From: a bacterium
GTDB taxonomy: Bacteria; UBA8248
Reading direction: 5' to 3'
Length of the DNA stretch: 64,000 bases
NCBI GenBank assembly: GCA_963692865.2
Contig: OY843592.1
Location: 1,248,001 to 1,312,000 of the forward strand
How positions within the stretch are numbered: the stretch's first letter is position 1; the number at the start of each line of letters is the position of its first letter. Shown piece by piece: positions 1-9,405 of this stretch. The notes below the pieces were generated by a model. It had not been told where the DNA came from, made no database searches, and saw only the letters and a program-made list of their open reading frames with translations. Made by a program: the position numbers and the translations under genes.

Positions 1-371
1 CCTTTGTCTTTGGCCCTTCGCCCGGACATCCTCGCTCCCGGCCAGGGAAGATACGGACGCCGCTATATATATATTCACCTCATCCGTTCCGGATTCGGGC
101 GCGGCGCTCCCTCCCGCGAGTCGGAATCAAATCCAAAAACGAAAGCAGAAATCATAAAATGGATTCCGTCGAACCCTCCCTCCCCGGTCGGCTCCGACAC
201 CGGAATGACGGCGTGTAATCTCGATTGTAGGGGCCGTTCGAGAACGGCCCTTGTCCGAGAAAGCGGGCGGTTCGCGAACGGTGGGACAACCCCGAGGAGG
301 GGTTGTCCCTACAAAACCAACCCTCGGCGCCCTTACTCGGGAGAACTTTTCCAGCAACCCCTTGTCAGGGG
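1..371. repeat. Copy 1 of a ~370-bp direct repeat (mosaic of REP-like palindromes); may extend left of the window
   Basis: Near-identical to 4010..4379 from cctttgtc... to ...ccagcaaccccttgtcagggg, with only scattered substitutions and small indels. Confidence 0.95.
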
Positions 372-457
372 TCCATTTCGAGCGATGAGCGAGAAATTGC
401 GTACCGATGCGTTTCTCATCAATGGCTTATGCAAACGCTCGTTCCTCACTCGCGTCT

Positions 458-612
458 GACCCCTGACAAGGGGGGGTAGGGGGGGGTTGGTTTTCCAGTC
501 GAGAGGAGCGGCCCCTCTGCCCTTCGAGGGGTTGTTGAAAAAACCTCGCTTCGCTCGGAACTCATACCCCACCGGCGCGAATGCAGGAAACACTCCCCCT
601 CAAGGGGCGAGT
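458..612. repeat. REP-like mosaic (CCCCTGACAAGGGGGG element, GGGGTTGTTGAAAAA end, CACTCCCCC-TCAAGGGG element)
   Basis: The same motifs recur in many intergenic regions of the window. Confidence 0.75.
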
Positions 613-1153
613 TTTTGGCCGGCGCTCCGCAAGGGCGGCGTGAAGCCGCCTCTTTCCCGGAACAGCTACATACGCCGCCCCATGCAATGCGGGCGGCGAT
701 TCCCCATCGGTCGCGATTGACTGAAAAAAGGGTTGAGCCTATCCCGAAGACGTTACAAAACAAACCATGTTTCACGCCCTTTCGCGACGAAGCGGCGGGA
801 CCCTTGTTTTCATGGCGGTGCGCACCGCGCGCGGCGGCGAGACGGCAGGTAAGACGAGACGCCGGGAACGATGCGCGGGGAAGGGCGAACTCCCGACCCT
901 CGCCGGAGAGTTACAAAGGGCTTGAACGCGGGGGGAGGATGTGGTAAAGCAAAAGGGATTTCATGATTCTTGTTGTGGTGAAAACTCCCGCGCGAAACGC
1001 TTGCGCGAGAGTGGTTTCGGCCAACATGCTCATGAGAGCCGGAGAACACCGGAAAGTCGGAAACACGGGAGAAAGGAGGTTGAATATCGGAAAAGGCTGT
1101 AGCAGGCAGGGAAAGACGCATGTTTTACTTCAGGCGGTTCCAGTATCATGACA

Positions 1154-1335
1154 TAGGGGTCGAGATGGTCTTTGACTCTATGAGCAGAAGGATGTAGATT
1201 TGATTTTCCAGTAGCACGGGAGGCCTTCTCAAGAGGGCCTTATCACGACGATGCGGAGGACTCACTCAATGCTGTTCTGCATAAAGTGCCGATCTGCACC
1301 AAAACACCCACCAACAAATTGTATGTTTTCGGATG
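1154..1335 (+). repeat. Degenerate tandem duplicate of the lipoprotein gene's upstream region, RBS and first codons
   Basis: gactctatga..gaaggatg..atttgatt..cacgggaggccttctc..gccttatcacgacgatg..gaggactcactc.atg.tgttctgc..aaaacaccca.caacaa.ttgtatgt.ttcggat matches 1355..1550. Confidence 0.85.
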
Positions 1336-1501
1336 ACTTTTCCGTTCGCACGGCCATCGGGGCCAAGGTGGATTCTGACTCTATGAATGGAAGGATGGCA
1401 ATTTGATTCTCTAGTTTCACACGGGAGGCCTTCTCTCCGAAGGCCTCATACGGGGGCCTTCTCATGGAGGCCTTATCACGACGATGAGGAGGACTCACTC
1501 T

Positions 1502-3436
1502 ATGTTGTTCTGCGTAAAAACACCCATCAACAAGTTGTATGTATTCGGATTGGCGCTCCTGCTCGCGGCGACGCTGGCCGGCTGCGGAGGAGGCGGCGGC
1601 GGCACTGGCGGCGGAGGCGGAGTCACCCAGCCGACGCCCTCGACGGCCGACGAGCAGTTCGCCGCGCGCCTGGCCAGCGAAAACGCCAGAATCGCCAAGG
1701 AAGCCGCGATGGCGGCCGTACCCGGCGCGGTGACGGCGGCGACTGCCGCCGCGGGCAAGGCGGCCACCTACGCGGCGAACGCGGCCGGTTCCGCGACGAT
1801 GGCCATGAACGCCCGGACGGACTACGACAAGACCAAGATGGCGAGCGATGCCGCCGCGGCCGAGAACGCGAAGGCCATGGCCGCGAAGACGGCGGCCGAC
1901 GGCGCGGAGACCGCCTTGAGCGACGCCGTCGCGGCCTATAACGCTGCGGTGAAGGACCAGGACATCGAGACGAAGGCCGGCGCGACGGCCATCAAGACGG
2001 CCGCCGACGCCCTCGAGGCCGCCGCCATGAAGGCGCAGACGGACGCCGCGCAGGCGCAGATGGACGCGGAAGCGGCGCGAGACATGGCGATGGACGACGC
2101 GGACGACGCGGCGATGTACGCCGCCACGCACGTCCTCGGGCTGTTCGAAGCGGCGAACGCGGAGGGCGTGGAGGACGCCGACGCCAGGAAAGCCGCGGTG
2201 GCTGCCGTGGCGACGGCGATCGGCACAGCGGCCGCCAATCAGGGCGCTGTCGGAGTGAGCGCCCTTTGGCCCGCGGACACGACGGACGACGACGACAACG
2301 TCGTGGCCGGCGTGCTGATGGTTACGATTACGGGCGTGGGCGGTAACATTACGTCGGACACCATGGGTACGGACGGCAACAACGACGGTGATACCGAGGA
2401 TGCGGGCGAAGGGCCCAACGCGAGCGTGATCACCGGCCAGACGGGCTTCTCGCACGGGTTCGACATCAGCGCACATCCCTCCGACAGCAACGATCCTGAC
2501 GGCAGGCACGTCATCGTCTTCACCGACAAGAAACAGGGCACGCCGGCGGTAACGGCGGTAACGGCAGTGCCGGCCAAGACTCTTACCAACGCTGACACGA
2601 GTGTTGGCGCCGTCACCGACCTGGGCGCCATGTCGGGTAACAGCTACACAGGCGTCACCTATTACGAGGATAGCAATAGCACGAGTGACTCAGGCTTGGC
2701 GTTCACGGGTACGCTGACCTGCCCCTTGGGGATATCGTGTTCGACGACAATCTCGGGCGACACGATTACCGTGACCGGCTACACGTTCTCGGGAAGCCGG
2801 CCGGCCAGGAAGGCCGTCGATGCTGCTGACGCGGCCGAGAACAACGACTATCTGGCCTTCGGCGTCTGGCTCAATGAGGACAGCGATACCGGCACGGCCG
2901 GCGACCAGCCCGCTTTGGGCGCATTCGCCGGCGGCGGCGCGAACTTCTCTACGCCGAATACCCTCGAGGGCAAGGCGACCTACAACGGCGCCGCGACGGG
3001 CGTCTACACCCAGGGGAGCAAGGTCGATTACTTCGAGGGCGCCGCCACCCTCACGGCCGACTTCGGCGCTAACGACGAAGCCGGAATCATCACCGGGATG
3101 ATCAAGAACATCGTGGCGGGCGGCATGGCCATGAGCGGCGACGTCATCTACCTGAATGACGACGCGACGCCTGACGACGGCAACATTAACTCGGACGGCA
3201 CTTTCTCCGGCAACGCCCGGATGGGAACGGGCACGACGGTGGACAGCGTGACCACGTATCCCTACAACGGCGCGTGGAGCGGCCGGTTCCACGGCCCAGC
3301 GGCGGCCGACGACGCGACGGGCGTGGACACGCTCCCGCCCGCCGCCGCGGGCACCTTCGGCGTTACCGGCACGACGGGTACGGGAGACGACGCCGTTACC
3401 ACGAGCTACGTGGGCGCGTTCGGCGCGCGCAGGTAG
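1502..3436 (+). CDS. Surface lipoprotein with Ala-rich helical stalk and C-terminal TbpB-like (transferrin-binding-protein-like) beta-barrel; probable Slam substrate
   Basis: RBS gaggagg before ATG 1502; lipobox LAGC then Gly linker; Ala-rich segment; YLAFGVWL, ATYNGAATGVY, ATLTADF, GAWSGRFHG and terminal YVGAFGARR typical of TbpB-like barrels; slam-like gene downstream. Confidence 0.85.
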   Translation: MLFCVKTPINKLYVFGLALLLAATLAGCGGGGGGTGGGGGVTQPTPSTADEQFAARLASENARIAKEAAMAAVPGAVTAATAAAGKAATYAANAAGSATMAMNARTDYDKTKMASDAAAAENAKAMAAKTAADGAETALSDAVAAYNAAVKDQDIETKAGATAIKTAADALEAAAMKAQTDAAQAQMDAEAARDMAMDDADDAAMYAATHVLGLFEAANAEGVEDADARKAAVAAVATAIGTAAANQGAVGVSALWPADTTDDDDNVVAGVLMVTITGVGGNITSDTMGTDGNNDGDTEDAGEGPNASVITGQTGFSHGFDISAHPSDSNDPDGRHVIVFTDKKQGTPAVTAVTAVPAKTLTNADTSVGAVTDLGAMSGNSYTGVTYYEDSNSTSDSGLAFTGTLTCPLGISCSTTISGDTITVTGYTFSGSRPARKAVDAADAAENNDYLAFGVWLNEDSDTGTAGDQPALGAFAGGGANFSTPNTLEGKATYNGAATGVYTQGSKVDYFEGAATLTADFGANDEAGIITGMIKNIVAGGMAMSGDVIYLNDDATPDDGNINSDGTFSGNARMGTGTTVDSVTTYPYNGAWSGRFHGPAAADDATGVDTLPPAAAGTFGVTGTTGTGDDAVTTSYVGAFGARR

Positions 3437-3511
3437 TAAGTAGAAGCGGAGCACGACGCCTTCGGGCCTCGGGCTTTAACGGCCCGGGGCCGGGGCAATA
3501 CGCAGGCGAGG

Positions 3512-3541
3512 GAGGGCGGCCGAGCGGCCGCCCTCTTTTTT
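3512..3541 (+). terminator. Rho-independent terminator of the lipoprotein gene
   Basis: gagggcggcc-gagc-ggccgccctc followed by T6. Confidence 0.85.
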
Positions 3542-3620
3542 CGTCCCGCTCCGAGCCCCCGGCTCCCCTTGGGGAGGAAACCCCATAAAACGACCCCCCC
3601 CTACCTTGTCAGGGGGATAT

Positions 3621-3723
3621 AAAAAGGCGATCTCCCCCCGCCGGGTCGGAGGGTGTAAAAAGGCGCCGCGCCTTGCCGGGTCGGAGAGTGAAAAAGGCGA
3701 TGCGCCCCCGCCGGGTGGAGGGG
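3621..3723. repeat. Three tandem ~35-bp units (aaaaaggcg...gccgggtcggagrgtg) between inverted TTGTCAGGGGG/CCCCCTGACAA elements
   Basis: Units start at 3621, 3657 and 3691. Confidence 0.8.
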
Positions 3724-3823
3724 TTTTTGTTTTTTCTTGCCCCCTGACAAGGGGGGTGGGGGGGTTGCCTTTTCGTCTCTTTCACGTCCTCGCCCCGCGC
3801 CTCGTCTTGGTCGTAAGTCTGGC

Positions 3824-3852
3824 GTAGGGGCCGCATACTATGCGGCCCCTAC
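3824..3852. repeat. GTAG-type REP-like palindrome
   Basis: gtaggggccgcatactatgcggcccctac; related copies near 6133, 6620, 7162, 7284, 10704. Confidence 0.85.
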
Positions 3853-4009
3853 AGACCAAACCCGATTGATGAAGGTCTTTCAACAACCCCTGCAAGAGGG
3901 GTCGCCTTTTTATACCCCCCCGGTAAGGGGTTGTTGAAAAAACCCGCTTCGTTTGGGATTGACCTTCGCCTTTGCTCGTCATTCCGGCGAAAGCCGGAAT
4001 CCATTTTCG

Positions 4010-4379
4010 CCTTTGTCCTTGGCCCTTCGCCCGGACATCCTCGCTACCGGCCGGGGGAGATACGGACGCCGCCATATATATTCACCTCATCCGTTCCGGA
4101 TTCGGGCGCGGCGCTCCCTCCCGCGAGTCGGAATCAAATCCAAAAACGAAAGCAAAAATCATAAAATGGATTCCGTCGAACCCTCCCTGCCCGGTCGGCT
4201 CCGACACCGGAATGACGGCGTGTAATCTCGGTTGTAGTGGGCCGTTCGAGAACGGCCCTTGTCCGAGAAAGCGGGCGGTTCGCGAACGGTGGGACAACCC
4301 CGAGGAGGGGTTGTCCCTACAAAACCAACCCTCGGCGCCCTTACCCGGGAGAACTTTTCCAGCAACCCCTTGTCAGGGG
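4010..4379. repeat. Copy 2 of the ~370-bp direct repeat
   Basis: Near-identical to 1..371. Confidence 0.95.
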
Positions 4380-4628
4380 GGCAAGGGGGGGGTTCAAGAG
4401 ACGAGGCGGCGAGGGGAGGATGAAGCATCGCCCCCCTGCAGGGGGAGCAGGCCGAGGGGCCGGTTTCGGGATAAGGGCGGCGGAGTTGATTTTAGGGGGC
4501 CGATGTAGCAGACTTCCCCATCGTCCGTTCGGAAGGGGCTCTCCCCGCCCGGGCGGCGCAAACGCGGACTTCGTCGCCGAGGGAGGAAACGGGCGTGTAA
4601 CCGGCGCGCTCGTCTCACGTCATACGCC

Positions 4629-6005
4629 ATGAAAAAATTCATCCTCTTCACCGTCTTTATCGTAGCCGTTGCGCTCGCGCACCTTTCGCCTCCGGGCGCC
4701 GACGCCGCGCAGTCTCACCTCTCCACGGATCCGAAGGTCCGCGCCGCGCGCGCGCTGCTCACGCAGCGCCGCTACGCCGAGGCGCTCGGTATCCTGCGCC
4801 CCATCGCCGCGGCGTCATACGGCAGGGCGGACAGGACGGACGTGCTCTTCCTCACGGGCCTTTCCGCCATCGAGGCCTCGCGGCGCATGCCTCCCGCGAG
4901 GACGATGGAGAAGATAGCGCTCCTCGACGAGGCCGTCGCCGCGCTGCGGGCCATCCTGATCGACAGGCCCGATCTGGTGCGCGTGCGCCTCGAGCTCGCG
5001 CGGGCGTTCTTCTACAAAGGGGAAGATTTGCTCTCGCGCGGGCACTTCGATCGCGTCCTCGCCGGCAAGCCCCCCAAGGCGATGGTCGCCAACATCAACC
5101 GCTTCCTTCGACTCATGCGCGCGCGCAGGCGCTGGCAGGCGCACTTCGGCTTTTCCATCGCGCCGGACACGAACATCGGCGCGGTGTCGGGTTCGGAGAT
5201 CATCTACATCTACGGGCTGCCCTTCCGCCGCAACGAGTTCAGGGGCGAAAGCTCGGGCATGGGCTTCGTCTTCTGGGGCGGGTGGGAGTACCAGCATCCC
5301 CTGGCCAGGCGCGTGCGCCTGCGCATGGGGACGGATATCTCGATCCGCGAATACAAGAACGACGAGTTCGACCAGATGACGGTCTCCCTCCACGCCGGGC
5401 CGCGCTGGTGGATGAACCCCAATACTGAAATGAGCCTGCTCGCCAGCGCGCGCCAGCGCCGGAGCGGCGGGCGGGTCTACAGCCACGAGTACGGCTCGCG
5501 CTTCGAGGTCGAGCACCGCCTCACGCGCCGCATCCGCCTGAGCGGGCGCGCCTCCTGGCACGAGCGCGACTACGTGCGCGACGAGCACCTCGAAGGGCCG
5601 CAGATGGACTTCTCGCTGTCGGGCTCGTGGGCGCTCACGCCGACGCTTCAGTTCCGGGGCGCGTTCGGCTACGGGGTGGAGAACCCCGAATCGCGCACCT
5701 GGCGCAACCGCACCCGTTGGGGACGCCTGGGCGCCTCCGTGGCCCTTCCCTTCGGCTTCACTCTGGGCGGCAACGCCGAGCTCCGCGCGACGGACTACGA
5801 GGGCAACTGGTTTCCCTACGTCTCCAACGGCGCCTCGCGTGAGGACGAGGTGCGCATATTCAGCGCCTCCGTCTTCAACCGCGGCTTCACGGCCCTGGGT
5901 TTCAGCCCCCAGCTCGTCGTGGTGAACGAGCAGCGCGAGTCCAACGCCCAGCTCTACGACTACAAGCGCACCCGCGCCGAACTGCGCTTCGTGCGGCAGT
6001 TCTAG
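4629..6005 (+). CDS. Surface lipoprotein assembly modifier (Slam, DUF560 family; type XI secretion outer-membrane translocon)
   Basis: Signal peptide, TPR-like N-domain with RPDLVRVRLELARAFF, DTNI motif at barrel start, amphipathic beta-strands, terminal RFVRQF. Confidence 0.85.
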   Translation: MKKFILFTVFIVAVALAHLSPPGADAAQSHLSTDPKVRAARALLTQRRYAEALGILRPIAAASYGRADRTDVLFLTGLSAIEASRRMPPARTMEKIALLDEAVAALRAILIDRPDLVRVRLELARAFFYKGEDLLSRGHFDRVLAGKPPKAMVANINRFLRLMRARRRWQAHFGFSIAPDTNIGAVSGSEIIYIYGLPFRRNEFRGESSGMGFVFWGGWEYQHPLARRVRLRMGTDISIREYKNDEFDQMTVSLHAGPRWWMNPNTEMSLLASARQRRSGGRVYSHEYGSRFEVEHRLTRRIRLSGRASWHERDYVRDEHLEGPQMDFSLSGSWALTPTLQFRGAFGYGVENPESRTWRNRTRWGRLGASVALPFGFTLGGNAELRATDYEGNWFPYVSNGASREDEVRIFSASVFNRGFTALGFSPQLVVVNEQRESNAQLYDYKRTRAELRFVRQF

Positions 6006-6059
6006 GCCGGGCCTCTCCGGGCGGGAGAAGCCCGCGACCGGGCAAAGGGGGGACTGCGC

Positions 6060-7470
6060 TTTCCGGGCGGATCAATCCCTCCCGCATCGGTGTTGTTGAA
6101 AAAGCCCTTGCGAGCCGGTCGGGACCCCACCATAGGGGCCGCATATCATGCGGCCCGCGTTCGGACGGCGAAAAAAGCCGGGTCGCATGATGTGTCGGAC
6201 ATATATGTCCGACCTGCATACCCTTTTGCATGGCGACCGCAGGGGCGCTTCGTGAAGCGCCCGTTTCTTCTCCGGGAAGGGCCGTTCGCGAACGGCCCCT
6301 ACGGCCCCTTGATCCGAGACGACGCAACCCGCCTCCTCATCCTGAGTAGCCCCGAGCTTGCGAGGGGCGTATCGAAGGACGAGGGGAGCCGACCCCCCCC
6401 CCGCGCCGCGGCGAGAGGCAATCGCTCCCGCATTGGGGTTGTTGAAAAAGACTTGATTTCTAGATTTGTCGTATGTACCCGACCGACGAGAGAGAAAATC
6501 ACTCCCCCCTTGAGGGGGTTGTTGAAAAACCTGTCCCTCTCGGATCAACCACGTTTTACCCGTAGGTCGGACATATATGTCCGACATATCATGCGACCCG
6601 TATTGTGAAGGCGAAAAAGCCGGGCCGCATGATATGCGGCCCCTACAATAGAAACGACAATGACGGCGGTGGTCAATCCGAGCGAGGAGGGGTTTTTCAA
6701 CAGCCCCTTGAGGGTCGGACATCTCCTCATCGGGATGTCCGACGAAGAACTGAGGGCGTAAGCCCGAAAGCGATTCGGTGGGGGGTATAATTCGGAATGG
6801 CGATCATACACGTTTTACCCCCCACCGGCGCGGCTTCGGACTCCGTCCTCGCCTTGCCGTTGGGCTTTCCCCTCGGGAAGCCAGACCCTCAAGGGGGGAG
6901 TGAAACTCGGCGTGTTCCTTCTGTGGACTTTTTCAACAGCCCCCTCAAGGGGGGAGTGAAATTTGCCTCGCACCTTCTGTGAACTTTTTCACAGCCCCGC
7001 ATTGGTCGCGATTGACCTTCGGTACGCGGTTTCGCCGCTACTCGGGATGAGGCGGAGAAGGTTTTTTCAACGGCCCCATATCATGCGACCCGGCCTTTTT
7101 TCGCCGCCGTCATGGATCGACAAATACAATCCAGAATACAGAAGATGGAAACCCGACTCCCGTAGGGGCCGCATAGTATGCGGCCCGTTCAGGTCGGGTT
7201 CCAGGGTCGCGTCGCGGGAACGTCTTCAGGAATTGCGTTGCATAGGGCGAGGCCGTAATCGTCGGCGACGAAAACCACTCTGCGCGGGTCGCATGATATG
7301 CGACCCCTACACGGCGAGCGGCAACGACGCCGGAATGACGGCGGTGGATAATTCCGGGCGAGAAAGACTTTTTCAACACCCTTCTCAAGGGGGGAGTGGT
7401 TGTTCCGCTATCCGGTCGGCGACGTGATGCTCCCGCAGGTCAGACATATATGTCTGACCTGCGAAAACCG
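6060..7470. repeat. ~1.4-kb non-coding mosaic of REP-like palindromes and MITE-like ends
   Basis: Repeated ggggccgcatatcatgcggccc, gtcggacatatatgtccgac, ctcatcctgagtagc..tcgaagg, cactccccccttgaggg and ttgttgaaaaa/tttttcaaca motifs; no credible ORF. Confidence 0.9.
6515..6707. mobile_element. MITE-like element with ~15-bp terminal inverted repeats and 5-bp target duplication TTGAG
   Basis: ttgag[ggggttgttgaaaaac...gtttttcaacagcccc]ttgag; removing it restores cactccccccttgagggtcgg, seen intact (inverted) at 43282..43302. Confidence 0.75.
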
Positions 7471-7492
7471 CGAACTCTCTATCGCGCTCGAC

Positions 7493-7975
7493 TCACGGTT
7501 TGTGGACGCCGCAGCCGAAGATGTGCCCCTTGTGGCGCACGACCCATGAGGACTTGGGCACGACCTTGCCCGTGAGGGGGTCTTTCCAGCCGTAATCCAC
7601 CCATGCGCCCTCCGGCTTCGCCCCCGCCAGGATGGCCCGGCCGATGTTGAGGCCGTTCGGGTCGATGAGCGCGGCGGCGTTGACGCCGATGAGCGACCGG
7701 GTCTGGGCGTGGGCGACGATGCGCGCGCCCTCCTCCGCCTTGAGCACGAAAATGTAGAGGTCCAGGTGATTGAATTCCGCGCCCGGGCGATTCGTGATGC
7801 GGTCGAAGGCCGCCTGCCTCCCTGCCCTGTCGAACAGGGCGACGGCTTTGGCCACCATGGCCTGTGCATCGGCGGGGGCGCCGCGCTTTTGCTTTTGCCC
7901 CTTGGCGAGGGCGGGCGCGGCGAGAAGCAGCAGGGAAGCGGCGAGCGTGATTTTCAGGATGAGCGCGTTTTTCAT
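7493..7975 (-). CDS. Exported single Cache-domain protein
   Basis: Signal peptide; AMVAKAVA, DLYIFV, IDPNG, WVDYGWKDPLTGKVVPKSSWV, IFGCGV typical of single Cache domains. Confidence 0.85.
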   Translation of the reverse strand: MKNALILKITLAASLLLLAAPALAKGQKQKRGAPADAQAMVAKAVALFDRAGRQAAFDRITNRPGAEFNHLDLYIFVLKAEEGARIVAHAQTRSLIGVNAAALIDPNGLNIGRAILAGAKPEGAWVDYGWKDPLTGKVVPKSSWVVRHKGHIFGCGVHKP

Positions 7976-8389
7976 GGATTTCTGATCCTCCTGGGTTTCA
8001 CATTTTCGGTTCGGAGCAAGTCGCCGGAGGATAAAAAGGTTCCGGGGAATCCGTCAACCCGCGGATGGTTTCCGGGGCGTGGCCGGGTCTGAGGGGGGAT
8101 TGCCCGCGGCGTTCCCTTCCCACCGGCATTGCCCGGAAACGATAGCGAAAAATCCAGGGCGAAGTTCCCCGGACTCCGCATTCCCTCCCTCCCCGGCCGG
8201 AAATGATGCCGGAATGACGGTGAAATTTCCGGGTGGGGGGATGAGGAAAACCTCTGCGCGGTCCCGGTCCCCCGAAATATCGGCGGCCCCGAGGAGGGAC
8301 CGCCGGTACGGGTGATTCTATATGCGCATGGCCGGCGCCCCGGGCCGGTCGCCGGGAGCCGTCGTCGGCGTTTCGCCCATGCCCTGGAA

Positions 8390-9298
8390 CTACACCGGCT
8401 GCGCGCCCTCAATCTGGGTGCGGTGCATGAGGCGCGGATGCGTGCCCGCGTGGGGCTCGCGGTAGTGCATGGTGCAGCGGTTGTCCCACAGCAGCACGTC
8501 GCCGAGGCGCCACACGTGCGCCCAGACGAGCTCATCCCTGCAGGCGTGCTCCCAGAGGAAATCGAGAAGCGCCTCGCTCTCCCCCTCTTCCATGTCGTCG
8601 ATGTACTGGGAGGGATACGCCCTTCTTCGGCCCAGGTAGAGCGCGCGTCTTCCGGATTCTGGGTGCGTGCACACGAGGGGGTGGTGCGGCCCCGGAACCT
8701 CCGAGGGCTTGGTGGGCAGCTTGACGCCGGGCCTGAGCGTGCCAGCCGAGTTCCGGCTCGCGTCGTGGACGGCGGTCTTGCCCTCGATTTTCTGCTTCAC
8801 GTCCTCGGGCAGGGTCTCGTAGGCCGTGTACTGGTTGCTGAAGCACGTGTTCCCGCCGGAGGGAGGCAGCATCCGCCCGTAGAGCATGCTGCCCGCGGGC
8901 GGTTTCTCGGCGTAGGAGTTGTCGTTGTGCCAGACGACCTCGCCGCTTCCCAGGCTTTCGTTCTGCTGCACGGGGTTTCCCTCTTCGTCCAGGTTGTGGA
9001 CGACGGTGATCTCGGGGTGCTTCGCCGCCCAGGTCTGCTGTTTCCCGGCCTTGTCGTAATAGGCCTTGGCGGCGGGCGCGACGGCCTCGCCGAAGATGCG
9101 CGTGGCTTCCAGATGCTGCTCCTCGGTCATTTCCTGATCGCGGAACAACAGAACGAGGTGCTCCGTCCATGCGTCGCGCAGGGCTCCCTTCACCTCCTCG
9201 GGCATCGGCTGGGCCAGATCGACGCCCCTGATTTCCGCGCCCAAGGCAGCGCCCGTCGGCGCGACTTCCAGACTATCGAGAGTGTTTTTCGTGCTCAT
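8390..9298 (-). CDS. TauD/TfdA family Fe(II)/2-oxoglutarate dioxygenase
   Basis: GAEIRGVDL, WHND (HxD), HPLVCTHPESGRRALY, WDNRCTMHYR. Confidence 0.93.
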   Translation of the reverse strand: MSTKNTLDSLEVAPTGAALGAEIRGVDLAQPMPEEVKGALRDAWTEHLVLLFRDQEMTEEQHLEATRIFGEAVAPAAKAYYDKAGKQQTWAAKHPEITVVHNLDEEGNPVQQNESLGSGEVVWHNDNSYAEKPPAGSMLYGRMLPPSGGNTCFSNQYTAYETLPEDVKQKIEGKTAVHDASRNSAGTLRPGVKLPTKPSEVPGPHHPLVCTHPESGRRALYLGRRRAYPSQYIDDMEEGESEALLDFLWEHACRDELVWAHVWRLGDVLLWDNRCTMHYREPHAGTHPRLMHRTQIEGAQPV

Positions 9299-9405
9299 TC
9301 CGGTGAACTCCTATCGTGTAAGTTTCTCTATCCGGGAGAGACTCCCGGATGAAGTGATTGGATGTTTGCCTAAGTCTATTAAAACGGCGCTCGCCTGTAA
9401 ACGTT

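Noticed and set aside
840-1150. Possible riboswitch or small gene upstream of the lipoprotein (strong aaaggaggt near 1072)
   Set aside because: No complete cobalamin or c-di-GMP consensus visible and no well-spaced start after the SD; needs an Rfam scan
4-1151. Several 60-150 aa ORFs here, and similar ones in other repeat mosaics such as 3606..4651 and 6072..7427
   Set aside because: They translate palindromic repeats (recurring VIPAKAGI and FQQP peptides) or lack any recognisable motif
1262-3454. Long antisense ORFs here and elsewhere (8312..9352, 12454..13881, 27829..29985, 58406..59794, 59778..61166, 62619..63980)
   Set aside because: Shadow frames of high-GC genes that have clear family motifs on the opposite strand
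3621-3723. Possible mini-CRISPR array
   Set aside because: Units are contiguous with no 30-40 bp unique spacers, and no cas genes are present
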